A stretch of 64,000 nt of DNA from Podarcis gaigeae (Eukaryota). Made by a program: the position numbers and the translations under genes. The stretch lies in NCBI GenBank assembly GCA_964106915.2, contig OZ066915.1. One strand, given 5' to 3'. Of this stretch, positions 23,198 through 37,171 are shown piece after piece. The notes under the pieces were generated by a model, which saw nothing but the letters and a program-made list of their open reading frames with translations, had not been told where the DNA came from and ran no database searches. How positions within the stretch are numbered: position 1 is the stretch's first letter; each line of letters opens with the position of its first letter.

Positions 23198-25573
23198 AAT
23201 AAATAGACCATGCAGGCCTCTTGCATGAAGTTAATGAGCTCCTTGGATCAAGTGCAGCTCACTCAAGGTAAACATCTGGAGCTGCTTTCATTGGTTGCCT
23301 CAGCAAGTTTCATTTTAAAGACCCCCTTCCCCATTTGTTAAATGAGAATAGGAAACGAACACCCTCAAAAAGAGGTATTTTGAATTGTGCATGGTCTTGT
23401 AAAGCATTTGCACATCAAAATGCTATGTAAATAACCTTTTGTAATATAAAACAAAAGGCTTGGCCATTTGTTTCAAATCAGACACTGTAAGTAATGAGAT
23501 AAGAACTGCAAAGCCTTGAAATGGTGAGGCTTTCTATAGCTCCTTCATAATTTATGTCTGAGTGTCTCTTCCAAGCATTGGTTATATGGCTAGGAAGTGC
23601 CAGAAACATCTCATTTTCTAGGTCATGTAAGGAACTGGCACAGATGCAGTGGATACATTCTGACATTTGCAGACTCTGAAAATCCGGGATGAGTAATTGT
23701 GGTAGAAGAGTGAAATATCTGGAGGGACAAATGTGAGCCCTGCTTCTAGTCAAGCAGTATTCCAAACGCCCATCTTCATCAGTCTTCTGACCCACTGAAC
23801 CAGTTCCTCTAATGAAGTTGTGAAAGGCTAGAGAACCCCAACTCAAGGATGGAGAGTGAGCTGCCGATAATAACCCTGAAAGTTATGTCCCTGCATATCA
23901 AATGTATGCTGCCAAAAATATAAATAAGGATCAAGAGCCTGCAGGATTCTGTAGTACATAATGGTAAGAGTGCATTGTGGTGGGCTTGTTAAGTGACTGC
24001 TGTGACACTGAAGTTGGTTCAGGAGGAATTTGCTAAACGTCCTTATTTGTTGCATCATTTTGTACAGATGTGGAGAGGTTTCCTGCCAATGGGGTCTTAT
24101 AGGAAGCAGTTTTTTACCATGTGCCCTTTTAAGTATTCTAACTAATGCTGATGTTGAAATTTTGAATTCCTTTTATATTTATATCCTTTTGTCTACCACT
24201 TCGGCCAGAGGAGGGTCTGTTAGGCATACACAAGGCCATTGTGTCACAGACTGCCTCCATTCCGTTCTGCAGAAAAAAGCAGTGGCGTGTGAACCAATTG
24301 AATGAAATACCTTCTTTGTCAGTAGTCTCGTTACTTCCCACCTCAGCGACTATTGGATCAGTGAATCCAGGCACTAATTTTATAACACATCTGTCACTCT
24401 CCTCCCAAAATGGGTTGGCAGCTGATGCAGCAGCAAGAATGAGAAGGTCTTTTAGATTCCAAGGTGCCCTGCTATAGGAGCGTTGGAAGTCTGATTTCAC
24501 TAGCCTCTTGAGACTCCGAATCTCTAGTTTATTGCTGATCGAGCTGTCATGGTGACTGTGTAGCAAACCTTTAGAGTGCCTTTCCTGATTAGTAGCTGCA
24601 TAGCCAGGTCCGTCCCACAGTTCCAAGAAAAAATGTAGGCTGAGCCAACCCTTTCCTTAGCTGATGCTCACATATCACACATATTCCTGGTCCGATTCGG
24701 TTTTACAGCGCTAGGGTTTTATTTTTTATTTTTCAGAATGCATCATTCAAAGCAAAACATGTAAGCTTGCTCAGCAATGCACATGCATTTAAACATATCA
24801 TAGGAATTAGGAGTCAAATAGAATACAACAAACTGCATACTGAGCCATCCATGCCTGGCCCTGCTTAGCTTTACTTAACACAACCCATTCATAATATTCT
24901 CATTGAAATCATAAGCAAAACACACACGGGCACCTGAGAGTTAAGCACTGTTCCTAGAATACAAATAGCAGAGCAAATAATGATCATTACCCACAATCCA
25001 TTGTGGTTTTTTTCAAGTCACTATCATCAGCTCAGTAATACTGTTTAATCCCTTCCCTTGATTTAAAATTCCATCATAGGGAAGTAATGTGTTTCTGTTC
25101 TGGGGTTTACTCTGGTAAAAACATTAGTAGATTAACTTTATCTTACCTATTACAGGGGTCTTCTAGGAGTTAGTGCAGCTTATTTATCAAAAAGTGAATA
25201 AAATAAAAATTCAAACCAAATTGGTAATATCTGCAAGTGCCTTTCAGTGGGAAGTGCACTTCACTGGTATCAATTTCAAATATTTGCATAGATCCTGTTG
25301 AGTGCTCCAGAGAACGGCTACAATTTTTTTTAAAAAAAGAAATCTATCAATTTAATTGGTTACAAGAAAACCCATACTTGAACCTGGATTATTTTAGTTT
25401 ATATGCCAATGTCATGACTTGTTAAATTTGCTCTATAGTTTGTTCCAAATTTTACATGAGTTATTTCCCATCTTATTTATAGAAGCTCATTTTTGAACCC
25501 TTAATAAAATCATGGTCATTGTGTGTTCCTTACTTACATTTTCCATGTAACTCTAGGACACAGAAAACATTTT

Positions 25574-25629
25574 ATGATGGGAGCTGCAGTCCAACAACAT
25601 CTGTGGGCCCCACAGGTTCCTTACCTCTG
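25574..25629. mobile_element. Half copy of palindromic hAT MITE
   Basis: tgatgggagctgcagtccaacaacatctg..ggccccacaggttccttacctctg. Confidence 0.65.
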
Positions 25630-27149
25630 CTGTTGACGCCACTATCTGGGGTGGGGAAGGGGCAGGTTTTGCTCCCATCTAAACTGTGCCCCCAGTTGTA
25701 GTGTGTTTTGCTTTCCACCATGTGAGTCAATGGCTGAAGTTGGGTTCAAGTGAAGGCAAACCCTGCACTTCAGCCTTGGCACTGGGAGTAATGGTAGGTT
25801 GTGCCCCCCCAACCCAATGGAGTCCCCCCAGCATACCCTTTTATTTTCTCTCATGTACATGAATTAGGGTGCATTCTGTACTTTGGGATGCTGTGATGTC
25901 AGTGCCACTGTGTCAGTGCCATTGGGCACTATGTTGGGGCCTCAGTTCAAAAATGTGTCATTGCCTATGTTGTGATATTTTGCCAGTTAGTCAATAGTGA
26001 GCATGTCTTCTTGTAGCTGCCTTTTCCAGACTTCTGTGCAGATAAAAATGTTTAGTTTACATGTGAAATGGGTGTGTATATTGAGTCTACACTGCTGGAG
26101 GAAGACTCTTTTGGGTTAAGAAATGCATAGAAAGCTTTTTGTAGGCTGCAATCAAACAGTGGGCAGGACCAGGTCTCAAAGTGGTCAAGCCAAATGCACA
26201 TTAGGTACACATCACGCACCTGTATGCATCCAAATTTGCAGGTGCAGAACATATAAACAGACATAGTGAACACAGAGACTTACACACACACACTGCCCCT
26301 ACTCATCACCTTAACATAGGGATGCTCACTGTGGCATATAGCCGGAGGTAGGCAAAATAGCTTGCTGCATGGGAAGCAGTCAGACTTTGGGCAAAGTTGC
26401 ACTTGAGTGGTTTGCTTTTCTTTGTGGGCCAAGTGTTCTGATCACACCACAGGGGATAAAACACCCTCTAATCTGCTCCGTTCAATTCTCATGCACTGGC
26501 AATGATCACTGAGTGTTCAGGAAACACTGGGAGCACTTGCATTTCCTACGTTATGGGGGGAAAGAGTGGCAGGAAAGAGCAGCACAGGACATCGGGGAGG
26601 GAGGGCTGTTATCAGACATTGTAGGATGCTGCTATAGAAAGACTCTTCTATGGCATGTACTGTGTTTGTAGCTAAAGACAAGCATAGTAAAATGTTTCCC
26701 CTTTAGGTGGGAGAGAGGTTTCCGAGGAAAGCCCAGCAAGCTGCTATGACCCTATTGGTGCTTGCCCACAAGAAACAAGGTGGCAGCTTGCAAATGATTG
26801 TGGAGCACTCAGGGATGCACAAGCAATCTGTGCAGGATGGCTTGAGAGGAAGAAACTGTGCTCTTGGTAAGGGCAAGAGGACTTCCCCCATTCAATTCTT
26901 GTATTGTTCTGTGGTGCATTGTGCTCTGCATCCCATTCCTTCTGAAACTGGGTTTAATTAGGAGAGTTACTAACATTAATTCTGGATTTGGAGCATGAAT
27001 AGAGTTGCAGCTTTTACATCCTTCACATATGTTCCCTTCTGTGTGATTGCACACATGTGCATTGATGTTGCATTAAAGGTATGCAATCAATACGCATAAT
27101 GTAAGTTTATTTTTGTACCGTGTTCTACGTGTGCAAACCTTTCGTGAGT

Positions 27150-27775
27150 TAGGGACTTCTCCTGCATACAAAGACAAGTTCCAGCGGATGAGCAGGCAAG
27201 ATCAGTAATGGGTCCAACAGTCAAGAAGGCGGTTACTGCATGTACCGTAAAGGAAAATGAGGGGCAGATGGGGTTCATCAACCTAGGAAGGTAGCCCATC
27301 TAGGAGAAGGAAAACTAATCCTAAACCTCTGCTGCCTTGCAGCTATAATCATTGGTGAAAAAGGCTTCGGGAATAAACCCTGAGGAAAAATCTGTATCCA
27401 CTGTCTTGTGGGGCATCATTGGGAGAAGAAAAGGCTAAGGAGTAAACCCTATGCAAATCTGAAGTCCCCAAGGTGGCGCCCTGTACTACTGCTCCTGGCA
27501 ACTTCTGCAGCCAAGCTGGTGCCAAATGTATTGCTCTGCTTTCCTTTGGTGAGGCTGAGACCAAGGGCATTGTTGTCTGGGCAGCCCAGGACCTCCATAC
27601 ACACTGCTCAGACTTGTGCCCAGAGAGTTCACTTTGCTACTGCTAACACAGCAAAAAAATTCGCAGGTGAATCTCTGCAGCAGCCATAGTAGACAGTGAT
27701 TCTCCAGTAGTTTGACTTCACCCATAGAAGTGCATTTCATTGTATCTCAAGACAGACAGATGGATTCCAACTACT
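27150..27775 (+). mobile_element. Non-autonomous RTE-like retroelement (5' UTR-like part joined to 3' end; no RT ORF)
   Basis: 5' part contains ctaggagaaggaaaact..aaacctctgctgccttgc, recalled from RTE 5' UTRs. 3' end cattgtatctcaagacagacagatggattccaac resembles RTE termini. Family assigned from memory; 5' boundary uncertain. Confidence 0.55.
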
Positions 27776-30700
27776 AGTGGGTTCCTCTGCTACATAATAT
27801 TGAGACAACCATGTGCACCATCACTACAAGCTGTGCCCCCCCCTTTCACAATATTTTATCCATGCACACAACAAAATTGATAATAAACACTGCAAAAGCA
27901 CAGCAAAAGTAAAGTGATGTGCAGATGTGCAATTGAAATGCAGGGACAGGGAGGAAACGACTCTACAAATTTTCAGAACTAAAAACACAGAACAATAGAG
28001 ACCTCCTAATGTGTCGCTTCCACTTTGGAATGAAGACCAGATAATCCAGATGTAAAGAATCAGGGAAGAAATTCACTTGGCAATTTCAGAAGAATTCCTA
28101 GATCTCGGTACTTTGATGTAGGTTTACACATTGCTGAGATGTCTGAATTCTGTTTGGAGGCTGAGTGAAGGTATACCCTGACTGGAATTTGACAGGAATG
28201 CTGTGTGGGCCTTTGTTCTTTCCTAGAATGGGTTTTGGTACCTGTTCCAGCTTCTTCAGTCCATTCTGTAGTTTTGGCAGCTCTGCCCCCAAATGTTTCT
28301 TCGTTCAGCGTAGATGACCAGGGATTTGTAGAAAATCCAAGGCATAGAGCTGCCTTTCTATTGGTGAGGGAAAAGGTTTTGCAAAGAATACTGGCAGTGA
28401 TACAACTTGGTTCTAATAGAAATCTGTGGACATAGCCCCTCCTTTTCCTACACCATGAAGTGTAGTAACTATCAATTGAAAGGCCACATAGTTAAAATGA
28501 GGAACAAGTTGGAAGTTAAAACCCCACCAAGGCCCCTCATGAATATCTTTGCAAATAATCTCTGTTTATATATTATTGTGCAGTATAAAAATGTCACTCC
28601 CCAAAGGTAACCAATATCACGTACCTTTTGAGTGCTTAACCTATTTTGCTATTAGCGTACTTAGGAGTGGGGGGAGGGCATTGCCAATGTAAGAGCTGTC
28701 TTTGAATGCATTGACACTGGCATGTAGAGAAAGCCTTTCCTGTATTTTGCATTGTCTCTCTTTCCTTGGAAGGGATTATCGTGTAGGTTGTATGTGCTGC
28801 AACAGTGAGGTCGAAGTAAACAGAAAAGGGACTGTTGAAAGTGAGATAGCTGTGATAGTATGTGGGGGCTGGGACTTTTTTTACAGCAGGCTTTATTGTA
28901 ACCAGCTTTTTGCCTTATGCCAGACTCCTCTCACTTTCTCCTTTGAGATGTAGATTGTGACATGGATTCTGACATCTCTTCCAGAGGAATGAGCTTTAGG
29001 TAAAACAGATAATGTACCAGTTCCTGTAAGATGTATTGCACAGTAGCTCTAGATAAGTTCTTATTTTCCCCTCTTTGAAAATACTTTACTTTTGGCAGGA
29101 TTATTAATAAGAAAATCGGCCTTTCTGCATTCAAGGTGGAATTCATTTTCATGGACAAAGGCCCTTTGTTGGGAGCTGCCTCTGTTCCTGAAGTGGGATA
29201 GAGATTATTCTGAAGATAGCATTGATTTTTGTCCTTCAGGAGACTCCAGTAAGAGCAATCCTTTTTGTTATTTTTGGAATCCTTTAAAGGCCTGCTAGAA
29301 GTTGAAAGAAAATTGTTGTTTGAAGTTGAGGTTTATAACCTGGTTGACTATATATAGGAAGAAATCACCATCTGATATCCAACTTGCACGAACAAGCGCC
29401 AAGAAAATGTGTTGAGTGCATTGTGTTTTTTGTTTGTTTTTTGAATCTGATCAACAATATTTTGGTCAGAAAACTCAGTTGGTTAAGGTGACAAAATGCA
29501 CCTGATATTAAATGAAGTCAAGAATAAGCTGCCTTTTCTAAGAAACGTACTGCCACCTTTCAAGAAGGTACGTTGTGCTTCGGCTAGCAGAGGAAAATAC
29601 CTTATCATCGACTTCCAGGTTGTCAAGGTGCTTAATCATAACCTTTGAGATGTGGCCGCTTGCACTCTGCTGGTGCAAAGAGCCATGAATGAAAATCAAA
29701 TAAGCATTTAACGTGGTGTTTTTCAATCTTTTTATTCATTGATGAAGCCTGGTCTATTGGATTAGGTCTTTCCATAGCAATATTAGCAACGGGGGTGTTG
29801 AGATGTAAGGGAATAACCTTTTAGCCATTGCCACTTGCTTTACTAGCTGATGTTACCTGCCAGCTAATCTGCCGTCCTTGTATTTTCCTCAGACTGTCTT
29901 CTTTGTAACAGGAAGCTCAGGGAAATGGTTGGCAAGGTTTTGAAAGTGTAATCATGTATAAAAAACAAATCCATTGCTAACACTGGATACTCCATTGTAC
30001 CAAGCAAGATGAGAGTAAAAGGAGATTAGCTGAAGAAGGAAATGTGCTGCACTCACTTTTTTTCATGGGTAGCCTGTGAAAGGAAAAATCTTTCACAAAA
30101 TACTGAGAGGAAAAGGGTTAAAAGGAAAGTTGTGCAAGAGTGGCCAACATATCTGAGATTACTGGTATTCTCTACACAATATTTGATGACATTCTGGTGA
30201 AATATTTGATGACATTCAGGTAAAATTTGTTTCAGGTGAGATTGGGGCATCTTCATTTTTGGGCAGCAGGTAAGAATACTTCTAAGTATCCAGAAAAAAT
30301 ACAGGTCGTCTGAGAATCTTTCCACAACAGGCGCCAACTGAATTAATCCTCATGACAGACTAGAAGCAAACAGAAGCAGCTTTTCTTCAAGACGGCAGGT
30401 CAAAATCCCATGGGGAAATTTCCATTGGGTCCAGTGATATTGCACCAGATCTTTGGAAGTCTTGTGTACGGCCTTGCAGTGGATATGTGTAAGGTGAACA
30501 GGATACTTCCCTTTTCCTACTTCCTAAACACACCAGCAAACTTTCCAGATTCTGCTGAACGTAATTGCACATACGAATTAAAACAATCTTTAGTATCAAT
30601 TTGCAAATGAACATTTCATTAAAGATATGGAATACATCTTTGTTTGACTGCACCTAGGTACCTGCTGCTATTTTTAAATCAGCTATTTAAAACCTGCCCA

Positions 30701-33700
30701 CAGGCTTGCCTACATTAGACTCACATGGCAACTCCTCGACAGTCACTCAATTTAACAGCAATCACCCTCCATTTTTGCCCCTTGGAGTTAGAGAATTTTA
30801 GAATACATAATGCATCTTCCCACTCCATTCTAATTAACATGGGGTTTTGCACACTAAGCTTTCATTAGAGGCAACCAGGTCACGCTGACAGTGAATTTCT
30901 GATGTGTGGTCAGCAAACAAAGATCTGCTTAGGTTTGTCTTTACAGTTTTGCTCCAGCATTTCTATACTAATAGCGACGGAGGAAGTTCTATTTTTAGCT
31001 TCAAAGCTGCATCCCTCACAACACCAGCAGTGAAGCTTCCAGCAAAGCTCTTTAATTCCTTGTCAGAATGAACTTAATTAAATCCCCTCTGGCTTTTTTT
31101 TTTAAAGTAATCTAGTAAGTATGTGAATCTAAATTTGGAAGTTTATTATATCCTGAATTTTATTATAAAGCTTTTACTCAATAAGGCAAATAATTACTCA
31201 AGTCTCCCGCTTCCCTTTCTATCTTAGAATTTGTATATGGTTTTTCTTTTCTTTTTTTAAGGCAAGGAAGTGCCCAGAAACAAGTCATCCTTTGTTGCAT
31301 GGGTGGGGTGGGATATGCATGTGTAATCCATAGCCCTGAGATCAGCTAAAAATGGAATGCAAATGAACACTTTGGATTTGTAGGATTGACAGTTTAAGCT
31401 CAGGGTTCCTGAGGTGCAGCCTGTGTTAAAATGGGGCAACCCCCTTTCTCCAGCGATACGGAAAGTAGGTCACTATACAGCTGGTCCAGAGAGAGAGAGA
31501 TTAAAGAATTTTATCTCCAGGAGGTGACTCAAGAGGCAAGAAGCTAGCATGTACTCACAGGCGCTTTGCACATCATAAACTTAAACTTTCAAGATATTTA
31601 AAGGTGCATGTAGCAGGTAATAATTGTTTCTGAAGATACAGCCTATCTTTGCAAGAAAATCAAGGTATATCTGAAATTCCTCTGAAATTCAGAAGCCAAG
31701 TTAGAAACAGCTTCAGTGAGATTGGTTAGCAAACAGCTATGATGGTGGTGGATGCTTCCTAACGCCCTGCTTATTTGATCAGCAATAGATGACCTCCTGT
31801 CAACCAAATTCTTTGCAGATGTGTGCTATCACACTCACACCATACCATTAAAGCACATTTAAAGCCCTTTAAAAGGTAGAATTTTGAACACTCTTAACAA
31901 CTACACTATAAAAATATGGTGTGGATATGTGAGCAAGGGTTCTTTTCCTTGATACTTTTTGCTTCAGAGGGAGTGAGGGGTATGCCTAGCCTCAGCACTG
32001 TTACCAGGCAAAAGACCACTGGGGATGTGGGATATTTTCCTGTCCCAGCTTCCCCTGTGGGCTGCTTCTGATCTACCCAGCAGAAGTGGCTTGGGTGAGC
32101 TTCGTGCTTCCTCTTACTATGGAATGTGGGGAGAGGAAGCACAAGCAAGTAATGCTTCCATCTCTGACTCTTTCTGCCAAAAAACCTCCAAAGTAGGTTT
32201 CAGACTGTGCTGACCCTGTCTGAGAAAGGGAAGAGGGCATTCCACAGTACCTTAATTTAGCAGTAGAACATTAAAAGCTTCTGTGGCTTTGAATCCCCTG
32301 AAATAATAATGTTGAAGTGAGAAACCTGAATCTTTCAGACAATTGCAACATCCCAAGTAGCTGTTTTAGGGGAACTCTTGATTGTAAAAATCAGGTAGAA
32401 ATACAAATAATAAATAAGTAGAGATGAAATGAATAACCTTGCAAATCCACAAATATTATTGATCACACTATGTATCAGCAAGCTTTACCCACATGTACTG
32501 TATATTAGTGTCCCCTTACCAGCAGAAAAATTAAAAAATCTCTACCTGGTTGCCTGGAGCTGAATCTTGCTCTCCATTGGCAACCAGAAGTGTGCCTGAT
32601 GATGGAATAAAGCAGAATAACCATGTGTTAACCAGCCTCTATCATAAGCAGTTTAAGGCTCAAAGGGTGGCACTGAATTTTCCCATCTTTTGCACTTGGT
32701 ATTATCCTCTTCCCTGCCCCCGGATGTTGAAGGGTATATCTGGTCTACCAATTCTAGACATTGTTAGCCGTGCAAATATTAGAGTTCTCTGACTGTTTAA
32801 GATGGATTCCTGTTATCGTAGTCTGCAGATCCTAACATCAGTACGACTCATGACCTTTCCATTTGAGACATGGATGTATGAAGATTTACATTACTTCTTT
32901 CTAGATAAACACAGAGCCATATAGCAATACTCTGATAGGTTTTTATCTAAATCTGAAATAACAGCAGTGCAATAGGTATATCCATGTGCTTTTTGGATTA
33001 GCTTGGTTCACACTTTTTAGAGTAAGTGACACTACCGTATATCTTTTGCTGTTTGAGAATGGGATAAGAGTGCTTGCACAGGCTGCTGAGTTTTGAGTTT
33101 TAAGTTAGAATTCTATTGCCTTGCAGTCCTGTGGATTTTATGTATGGTATTGTGGATAGTTTATGTGTATTTGCACATTTTTCTGAATATATGTTAATAG
33201 ACAAAATCCCCTCACACACTAAAAGGGGATGGCCGGATGACAAACAACACTTGGCTGTGGAATATGGCATGTAAAGGTTTAAAGGAGAAGGTGCACCTTC
33301 TCTGACTCAGTGGGTGAGATTTAGCTTGTATATGAGTGTTTTCAGTCCTCCTGCAGCTTGTATATGTTGCTGAAATTTGGGCCAAAAATAAACAACCTCG
33401 GTTTTGCACATTCTCCTAGTTGGTACAGTTCCAGAAATTGGCTAAATGGCATTTAGCTGATTAAATTCAAATCTAGACTGCACAATCTGATGTCTGCCAT
33501 TAGAGCTGTAGACTTGCCACCAAAATGTAGATTAGTGGCATAACACATTATTGTGGTTGCTCACGAGTATGTGTGTGAAAAGGATTGGCATTTTTTTAAA
33601 AAATAAATTCTATAAATCCTTTCAGTTAATTTGTGGGCATTTAATATATATATTTTTTTCCAAATTTCATTGTTTTCAGTTACTTTTTAATTTTTTTGCC

Positions 33701-34084
33701 TCTGGCTTTGAACTCTTATCTCCAGTTTAAGGAGATAAACCTAGTACCAAAGGTTTCCTATACTTGGCTTAGAGGAACTATGTCTTGTACTGTAGTGTAC
33801 ATCCTTTGTCAATTCTCCTCCAGATTAATGCAGCAGCAAAAAGGAAACTCACACAACTTTTAAGCAGTATTTCAGTTGGGCGGGGATTTTTTCCAAGGAC
33901 CAAGTCTGATTCTCTCTCAGGCTGCTTGTTTTCCTTCAGCCTAACGACCAACTTAAATTGAAGCATGCCCATACCTGTACATTGCTTTATGCAATGGGAG
34001 GACAACATGTGCAGCTCTTAACTCCCTCTAATTTTTATTTTTATTTAATTTTGTTTACTTTTCAACAAGGAAGATCCTGGGTCT

Positions 34085-34750
34085 CTGAAAGGTTCATAGT
34101 TGGTGTCTGTGTACTCCTTGATCTGTCTCTGTCACTTGAGGCTCAGGTAGTCTCATTGGCTAGGAATGCCTTTTACTAGCTATTTCTGTTCTTGAATGGG
34201 GATAGCCTGGTCATTCATGCATTGATTCATGCATTGATAACCTCAGGAGTAGATTATTGCAATGTGCTCTATGTGGGGCAAGCCTTGGGCTTCTTCCAGA
34301 AGTTACAGCTGGTACAGAATGCTGTGGCTAGACGGTTGGTGGGAACATATTACTCCTGGACCAGGTTTAAGCAGGGTTCTAATATTAATTTACAGGACTT
34401 GCAACAATTCGGGCCTAGGGTACCTTAAGGACTACTGGATACTTTATATACCAGCCCAGTCACTGAGATATTTGTGGGAGTCTTATCCACCAGGAGCGCT
34501 GCATTCAGTATTTTGGGCTACAGTCTGTGGAATTCCCTCTCAGCTGAGATCAGAGAGTCCCCGTCCTGTTCAACTTGAGATGCTTGGTATTTTAAGGAAG
34601 TTGTATTTTGCCTATTTATGGACTCTGCCTCTTTCTGAAGTTGTATTTTGCCCTGTGATTTTTATCTTTGATTTTTATTTTATTTTTGGTATTCAACACC
34701 ATATTATTGGTTGATGAATTCATCAGTCCAATAATGTGTTGAAAATAAAC
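34085..34750 (+). mobile_element. Decayed L2 LINE 3' portion
   Basis: Translates to VIHALITSGVDYCNVLYVG...QKLQLVQNAVARRLVG (L2 SRLDYCN/LQLVQNAAARL motif) with deletions and frameshifts; 12-bp tandem duplication attcatgcattg. Confidence 0.82.
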
Positions 34751-36854
34751 AAAAAACAATGGGTTAAAACCTAAGCACTCTATAAACCACTTTTCATGGT
34801 GAAAGGTACTCTATAAATACTGGAAATAAATCACCCCTCCCCCAAGCTTTGACTCCAGTCATGTCCACATACTTAGAATCTACTTTATTAGACATACGAA
34901 TAAAACACAAACGTTCATAACAGAGTAGCATGGAAGCCACTTCCACACAGATGAGTCCAACACTATTTCAGTATCCTCTACTTTTTAAAAGGATAGCCAT
35001 GGTTCCTTCCCATACCAGAAGGATTTGAAACTACCCTAAAATTAGACACCTCTAAAGGATTGTCTGTTTCTGTGCTACACATTGGCACTATTCAAGTATT
35101 TACAATTCTGCAAAATGAGCAAATCTCTTGGGTCATCTATTAATCAGGGTACATGCCACAGAGACTGTGCTTATCATCTTAAAGCATGAGAAATGCAGGG
35201 CAGTAGTCCTGCCATGGGACTATTTGGCTGTCTGAAAGATGCAAAAAAGCCAAATGAAACAGACACGACTTTCTCTCTCTCAAATGTTTCTCATCTCTGT
35301 TCCCTGCCCCCTCTTGAGCGAGTTAAGATTATTTCAGAGAATGATTGGGAAATCTGGCAAATTTGCTATATTTATTATGGGCTAGGTTTTCAGATGGGCT
35401 TTTCTGAAGTGAACATTTTAAGGCTGCAGTCCTGTGCACATTTACCAGAAAGTAAGCCCCACCGAATGCAGTGAATATGCTTGATGGTTGTGGGGCATGA
35501 CTTTTGGCCACAAGGTTTCACCAAAAGTATTTGAGGGGGTTGTTACTGGAGCATCTTGGGGAAGGAGATTGAGAGGAGAAGTAAACTTGTGTGCCAACAA
35601 ATAAAGCCAAAATATTGTGTGGATAAAGCAAATAGGATAGAAAAGAGTACTGCCATTTGCAGATGTGAAGCACCAAAAGAGAATTTTGAATCTTCAGGTC
35701 GGATTCAACAAAGTAGTTTTGCTAATGGGACTCAGCGTAAGGGGACAGGCAGGACATGATTCCCTCCTTGGCACCCCCACCATATTGGCTTTCAGGGTGG
35801 GAAGAACCCCCAGAACAACACACAGGGAAAGGAGAGGGGAGGCCATTCCAACGGGCAGAAGTTCAGTCTGGGGAACTCACTAGTTCTGACCTTCAATAAA
35901 TCTCAATCATTCAGTCTCCTCTTCTGCAACATTGAAATGATGGAGATCCCTCCGCATAGGGTTGTTGTGCAGATGGATTACCCAGGGGCACAGTGTTGAT
36001 TAACCAGCATGAGCTACAAATCACAATAACCACTTATTTATAACGTAATTGTATATTATAGACCTGGCTATGTACGTTTCTGAAATCCCCTATAGGCATG
36101 TTGTTGTTTACTTTGTTTAATTATTTTCCGGTTTATACACTATGTAAAAGTCTGTGTTTGGCCCTAAAATTACAAAGCATGTGCATCATATTGCAATGAG
36201 TATGATAATGTAGAAAAGTAGATGGCATCAGTATAAAATGATGGCAATCAAATGCTAAAAACAGCTGCCGGGTGTGAGAGGAAGCTTACTGTTTCCCAGA
36301 TTTAACTCTCTCACTTGGTGACATTTGGGTACGACTCATTAAAATGTTTAGAAAATCAATAGGGTTTGCCTGATAAGCAACCAGATGGCTTCCCTTGGAT
36401 AGCCACAAGACAGCCTCCATGGCTAGCACTAAACTGTGGAACAGTATATAAAAAGTCTTGACAGCTATAGATTGCCTTTGCTGTGTTACATGTGCTTAAG
36501 TTTTCATGCTGTAGCTAAACAAAGTGATATAAACCAGGAGTTATAGCTGGCCAGCACACAATTCCCCATGCTCACAGGACGTGACCTTTTAGAGATCAAT
36601 TTTATTTGTTCTAATACGGATGCAATTTTATAGAGCAAATAAGTTCTGGAATCTCTTCCTCAGCAGGTGCTGGGCAAATAACAGAGATGAAATATATAGC
36701 TATTTCTCTTTGCTTTGCTTTTCAATTATATGTAAGAATCTATTTACTACTAGTAGAACCTTCAGTAATTGGATACTCAAGTGAAAATGCAGCTTTACAC
36801 CCCAAAATGAATGGGCTCATAAAGGCTAAGATGAAAGGAGTCTTGGAGAGCTGG

Positions 36855-36985
36855 ATTTTATTTATATAGGGCTTTTCTGACATGCTCAAGGTGTTTTGCA
36901 CACATAATAATCCTTACAACCATCCTGTAAGGTATGTCAGTGGCATTATCCCAGTTCTATACCTGGAGGCTGAGAATTAGAGACC
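36855..36985 (-). mobile_element. Old MIR/CORE-like SINE fragment
   Basis: aatccttacaaccatcctgtaaggta...attatcccagttctata...ggaggctgag. Confidence 0.55.
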
Positions 36986-37019
36986 TAGAGCTGATGCATC
37001 ATGCTCTTAACTGCTCTAG

Positions 37020-37145
37020 CAGGAGTAGCCCAACGTGGCGCTGTCCAGATGTTGCACTCCCAACTTCTATCTCCCCTAACTATTGGCCATGCTGGCTGGG
37101 GCTGATGGGAACTGGAGAGTCTTATCAACCTACATGGGGCACCCC
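37020..37145. mobile_element. Decayed palindromic hAT MITE
   Basis: caggagtagcccaacgtgg..tccagatgttg...ttggccatgctggctggggctgatgggaactgg. Confidence 0.65.
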
Positions 37146-37171
37146 TTTTAAAACTAAATCACAGTAATATA

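Noticed and set aside
27266-27461. Assignment of the duplicated motif as a canonical HDV-like, twister or pistol ribozyme
   Set aside because: Lacks the HDV L3/P1.1 signature, the twister GGUCCCAAGCCC-type motif and pistol conserved nucleotides; only the loop-pseudoknot topology is loosely similar.
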